Below, piece by piece: positions 49,360 to 51,559 of a DNA stretch of 51,559 nt. The translations under genes and the position numbers were made by a program. Positions within the stretch are counted from its first letter, which is position 1; each line of letters opens with the position of its first letter. Source of the stretch: Hyphomicrobiales bacterium (GTDB lineage: Bacteria > Pseudomonadota > Alphaproteobacteria > Rhizobiales > Hyphomicrobiaceae); assembly GCA_003963125.1 (NCBI GenBank), contig RXJK01000038.1, positions 1-51,559 on the forward strand, in the 5' to 3' direction. Under the pieces are notes generated by a model that was not told where the DNA came from, ran no database searches, and saw only the letters and a list, made by a program, of their open reading frames with translations.

Positions 49360-49466
49360 GCAAGTGATGCCGATCGGACAGGATCGGCGAATTCAGTGAT
49401 GAGAGCTGGTTCCCTCCCTCTCCACTGAGGAGCGGTGCGCCCCCCTCGCACCGCTCCTTTTTATTT
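49360..49466 (+). ncRNA. candidate EcfG-dependent small RNA (about 105 nt), or a terminator-containing leader
   Basis: It is bounded by the promoter at 49329..49353 and the terminator at 49429..49466. It contains a perfect 7-bp hairpin (GCCGATC-GGACAG-GATCGGC, 49369..49388) and a single-stranded CU-rich tract UUCCCUCCCUCUCC (49410..49424). No ORF longer than 10 codons is present. Confidence 0.5.
49429..49466 (+). terminator. strong intrinsic terminator
   Basis: GGAGCGGTGCG (49429..49439), loop CCCCCCT, CGCACCGCTCC (49447..49457), then TTTTTATTT. Confidence 0.85.
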
Positions 49467-49483
49467 GCAGGGACGCGAGCGGG

Positions 49484-49822
49484 ATGGATCCGGGACGGGC
49501 AACAACAGCACGGCGCGCGCTTACCCAGCTTGGGACAATGGCGGCGCACCCCATCGCATTCCTATCGGTCGTGCTCTACGGCGTCTCGTGGGCGATCTTC
49601 TCGCCCGAGACGCTCGAATGGCACGGGCTTGCGACGCTCGTGACCTGGTTTATCGCACTTTTGATCCAGCGCGCCGAGCACCGCGATACGCAAGCCCTTC
49701 ACGCCAAGCTCGACGAGCTCTTGCACGCCCAGTCCGCGGCACGGAATTCCCTGACGCACATCGACGAGGCGGAGCCGGAAGAGATCGAAGCCCACCGCAA
49801 GGCCGAGGGCCGGCGCGGCTAG
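49484..49822 (+). CDS. low-affinity iron permease family (PF04120-like) small membrane protein
   Basis: 112-aa protein. The hydrophobic segments (HPIAFLSVVLYGVSWAIF and LATLVTWFIALLIQ) followed by RAEHRDTQALHAKLDELL match the family pattern (...Q....D..A...KLDEL...). Confidence 0.65.
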   Translation: MDPGRATTARRALTQLGTMAAHPIAFLSVVLYGVSWAIFSPETLEWHGLATLVTWFIALLIQRAEHRDTQALHAKLDELLHAQSAARNSLTHIDEAEPEEIEAHRKAEGRRG

Positions 49823-49838
49823 CCGGCAGCTGCGCCGC

Positions 49839-51398
49839 TCAGGGGGCCCTCTCCCCGGGAAATGCCGTGCGCGAGATGATACGGCCCGCGCCCGCTGCTT
49901 GCGACAACACCGTACGCCAATTCCAGCGCTCTTCGCTCACGTCCCGCAGGCAGCGCTGCAGGCGCGATCGCTTCGCCTCGGGCAGCGCTTCCAGCATTAA
50001 CGCCCAAAGCGCGTCGATATTGTAGGGCTGCCCGTCGGCGCGAACCGGAATGAGCTTCGCCGGCGGCAGCACGAGGTCGCGCGCCACGGCATCGAGCGCC
50101 GCCCGAATGGTCTGCGCCTTTGCGCTCGTCGGGGTCGCGAGATCGATGGGCGGTGCCCAGTCCTGGAAGGGGCGCAAGTTGTCGATATGGGTCAGCACCG
50201 CGAGGACCGGCGGCGGCGCGCGTCCTTCGGTGGCGATCGCGGTGCGCAGGCCATCGAGCGCCGCCTTGTCGACGGCACGTGCAGCCCGCGTCGCCGACAG
50301 CACCCACAGCACCATGTCAGCATCGCGGAAGGCCTTGAGGAGCGCCGCCTGTCCCGGCTCTCCGGGCTCGAGACCCGGCATGTCGATGATCAGCGCCTCG
50401 GGGGCGCCCTCGCGCGTGACGCGATAGGCCGTTGCCATCGTTGTCGACGGCACTACGTCCACGGCAGCCTCCATGTTGCCCGTCAGCGCGTTCACGACCG
50501 AGGACTTGCCGGCACCGCTCTGCCCGACGACGATGATGCGGATGGGCTCCGCCGCGATGTCCGCTGCGACGCGCGCATCCCGCGTCGTCGCGGTGCTCCG
50601 ATGTCGTTCCAGGCGTTCGCTGCGTACCCGCAGGCTGCCGCCGTAGAGATCAATGGCCGCTTGGCCGACCTCCTTCACGAAGGCTTCCGTGAGTCTACGC
50701 GCAATATGTTCGCGCCCCATGTCGTAGATCTGCCGCGTATAGCGCTCGCGCAATTCCTGGGTCGCGGCCGAGATCGGATTGACGAGGCGCACGAGCCGCC
50801 AGATGTCGTAGCCCTTCTCGACCAGCGGAATGACCGTGCGCCAGCGATAGACCCACATGATCTGCGCGACCGTCACCCGATCGCCGAACGGCAGGCTCTT
50901 CTCCGAGAATTCCCGCAGGCCCACGCTCGCCTGCTCGATAACCGCGAAGACTTCCGGCAGTGTGAAGCGCAGCAGCGGATCGCTCGTCTCCGGATGCATG
51001 CGGTTGGCCACGAGCGTGATCGTCTCGAGACCGAGATCGAGAAGCTTGTCCGTGCCCGAAAGTCGGCTCGTATCGGCGGTCCGCGCAAAGGCCAGCACAT
51101 CCTTCCAAGCCTGTTCCTGGCGCGCGTTCCAGATCGCCTTGGGAACCTCGTCGGCCGCCTCGCTTTCGAGCGGCTGCGCGAGCGGTCGCAACAGCCGCTG
51201 CAGGAGCAGGAAAGCCAAGCTCGCCGCGACGAACGTCGCGCCCGCCCAGTAGAGCACGTAGCCCTTCTGCCAGAGCCAGATCGAGCCGAGCGGAATGAGG
51301 CTCAGCGCCGGCAGCAGCAACGCGAGCGCCAATAGGACAAGCGCAGGCACCCGCGTGCGCCCGCCGCCCCGAGCCCTGCTGTTTCGAAAACTGATCAA
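49839..51398 (-). CDS. membrane-anchored P-loop GTPase (MMR_HSR1-like G domain)
   Basis: 519-aa ORF. It has two N-terminal TM helices, G1 GQSGAGKSS, G3 DMPG and a G4-like THID. The TTG start at 51398 overlaps the stop of the upstream ORF (TCTTGATC). Confidence 0.7.
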   Translation of the reverse strand: MISFRNSRARGGGRTRVPALVLLALALLLPALSLIPLGSIWLWQKGYVLYWAGATFVAASLAFLLLQRLLRPLAQPLESEAADEVPKAIWNARQEQAWKDVLAFARTADTSRLSGTDKLLDLGLETITLVANRMHPETSDPLLRFTLPEVFAVIEQASVGLREFSEKSLPFGDRVTVAQIMWVYRWRTVIPLVEKGYDIWRLVRLVNPISAATQELRERYTRQIYDMGREHIARRLTEAFVKEVGQAAIDLYGGSLRVRSERLERHRSTATTRDARVAADIAAEPIRIIVVGQSGAGKSSVVNALTGNMEAAVDVVPSTTMATAYRVTREGAPEALIIDMPGLEPGEPGQAALLKAFRDADMVLWVLSATRAARAVDKAALDGLRTAIATEGRAPPPVLAVLTHIDNLRPFQDWAPPIDLATPTSAKAQTIRAALDAVARDLVLPPAKLIPVRADGQPYNIDALWALMLEALPEAKRSRLQRCLRDVSEERWNWRTVLSQAAGAGRIISRTAFPGERAP

Positions 51399-51559
51399 GA
51401 GGGGACTCTCGCAGAAGCCGTATCGATGGGATGCTTCTTCGACAGCGTGAAGGCCTCCGAGAGCGCTTCCCGGTAGACGCGGGCGATCTCCTCGGCCCGC
51501 ACACTGCCGCGCCGCCGCGACAGGTAGTAGGCCGCGGCCTTCCCCATGGCGAAGGTCGT
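51395..51559 (-). CDS. 3' end of a gene running off the window (DUF697-like C-terminus?)
   Basis: The open frame on the minus strand from the window edge reads ...TTFAMGKAAAYYLSRRRGSVRAEEIARVYREALSEAFTLSKKHPIDTASARVPS*. The stop overlaps the TTG start of the GTPase gene. The family call is tentative. Confidence 0.35.
   Translation of the reverse strand, partial: TTFAMGKAAAYYLSRRRGSVRAEEIARVYREALSEAFTLSKKHPIDTASARVPS

Overview
This is a dense, high-GC (roughly two-thirds G+C by eye) chromosomal segment. Gene content and synteny look alphaproteobacterial, Hyphomicrobiales/Rhizobiales-like. About 50 protein genes are supportable.

Most of the window is housekeeping:
- glcDEF glycolate oxidase, an MgtC-family protein, argE, apaG
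- metZ behind a SAM-II riboswitch
- long-form dCTP deaminase
- carboxy(nor)spermidine dehydrogenase and decarboxylase, split by a Uma2 nuclease gene
- eutBC
- the aa3 oxidase cluster coxB-coxA-ctaB-(small coxF-like ORF)-ctaG-coxC-DUF983-surf1
- thrC, an M16 peptidase, two GNATs
- a 1295-aa 7TMR-DISM/PAS/GGDEF/EAL protein
- yqgE, a DsbD-N-like protein, a peroxiredoxin, guaA, an ArsC-family protein
- three-domain ligD
- a GH15-otsA-ppgK-otsB trehalose block

I found no rRNA, tRNA, CRISPR array, transposase or integrase.

The most interesting signal is regulatory and lies at about 43.6-49.5 kb. All four perfect matches to the alphaproteobacterial general-stress-response ECF sigma promoter (GGAAC-N16-CGTT) that I found fall in this stretch, with two one-mismatch sites beside them. 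All sit in intergenic DNA and point into a downstream gene. They drive otsA, a DUF1328 mini-protein, a Gly/Tyr-rich secreted protein, a 91-aa ORF next to an orphan receiver, a DUF1236 protein, and a roughly 105-nt transcript that ends in a terminator and carries a CU-rich anti-Shine-Dalgarno tract. The last one is a candidate stress sRNA.

Other points worth a second look are a PcfJ-like gene with a 120-aa partner, ligD without ku but behind a 72-aa ORF, and the roughly 320-aa proline-rich tail on the GGDEF/EAL protein.

All family assignments come from reading the translations. No database search was run.
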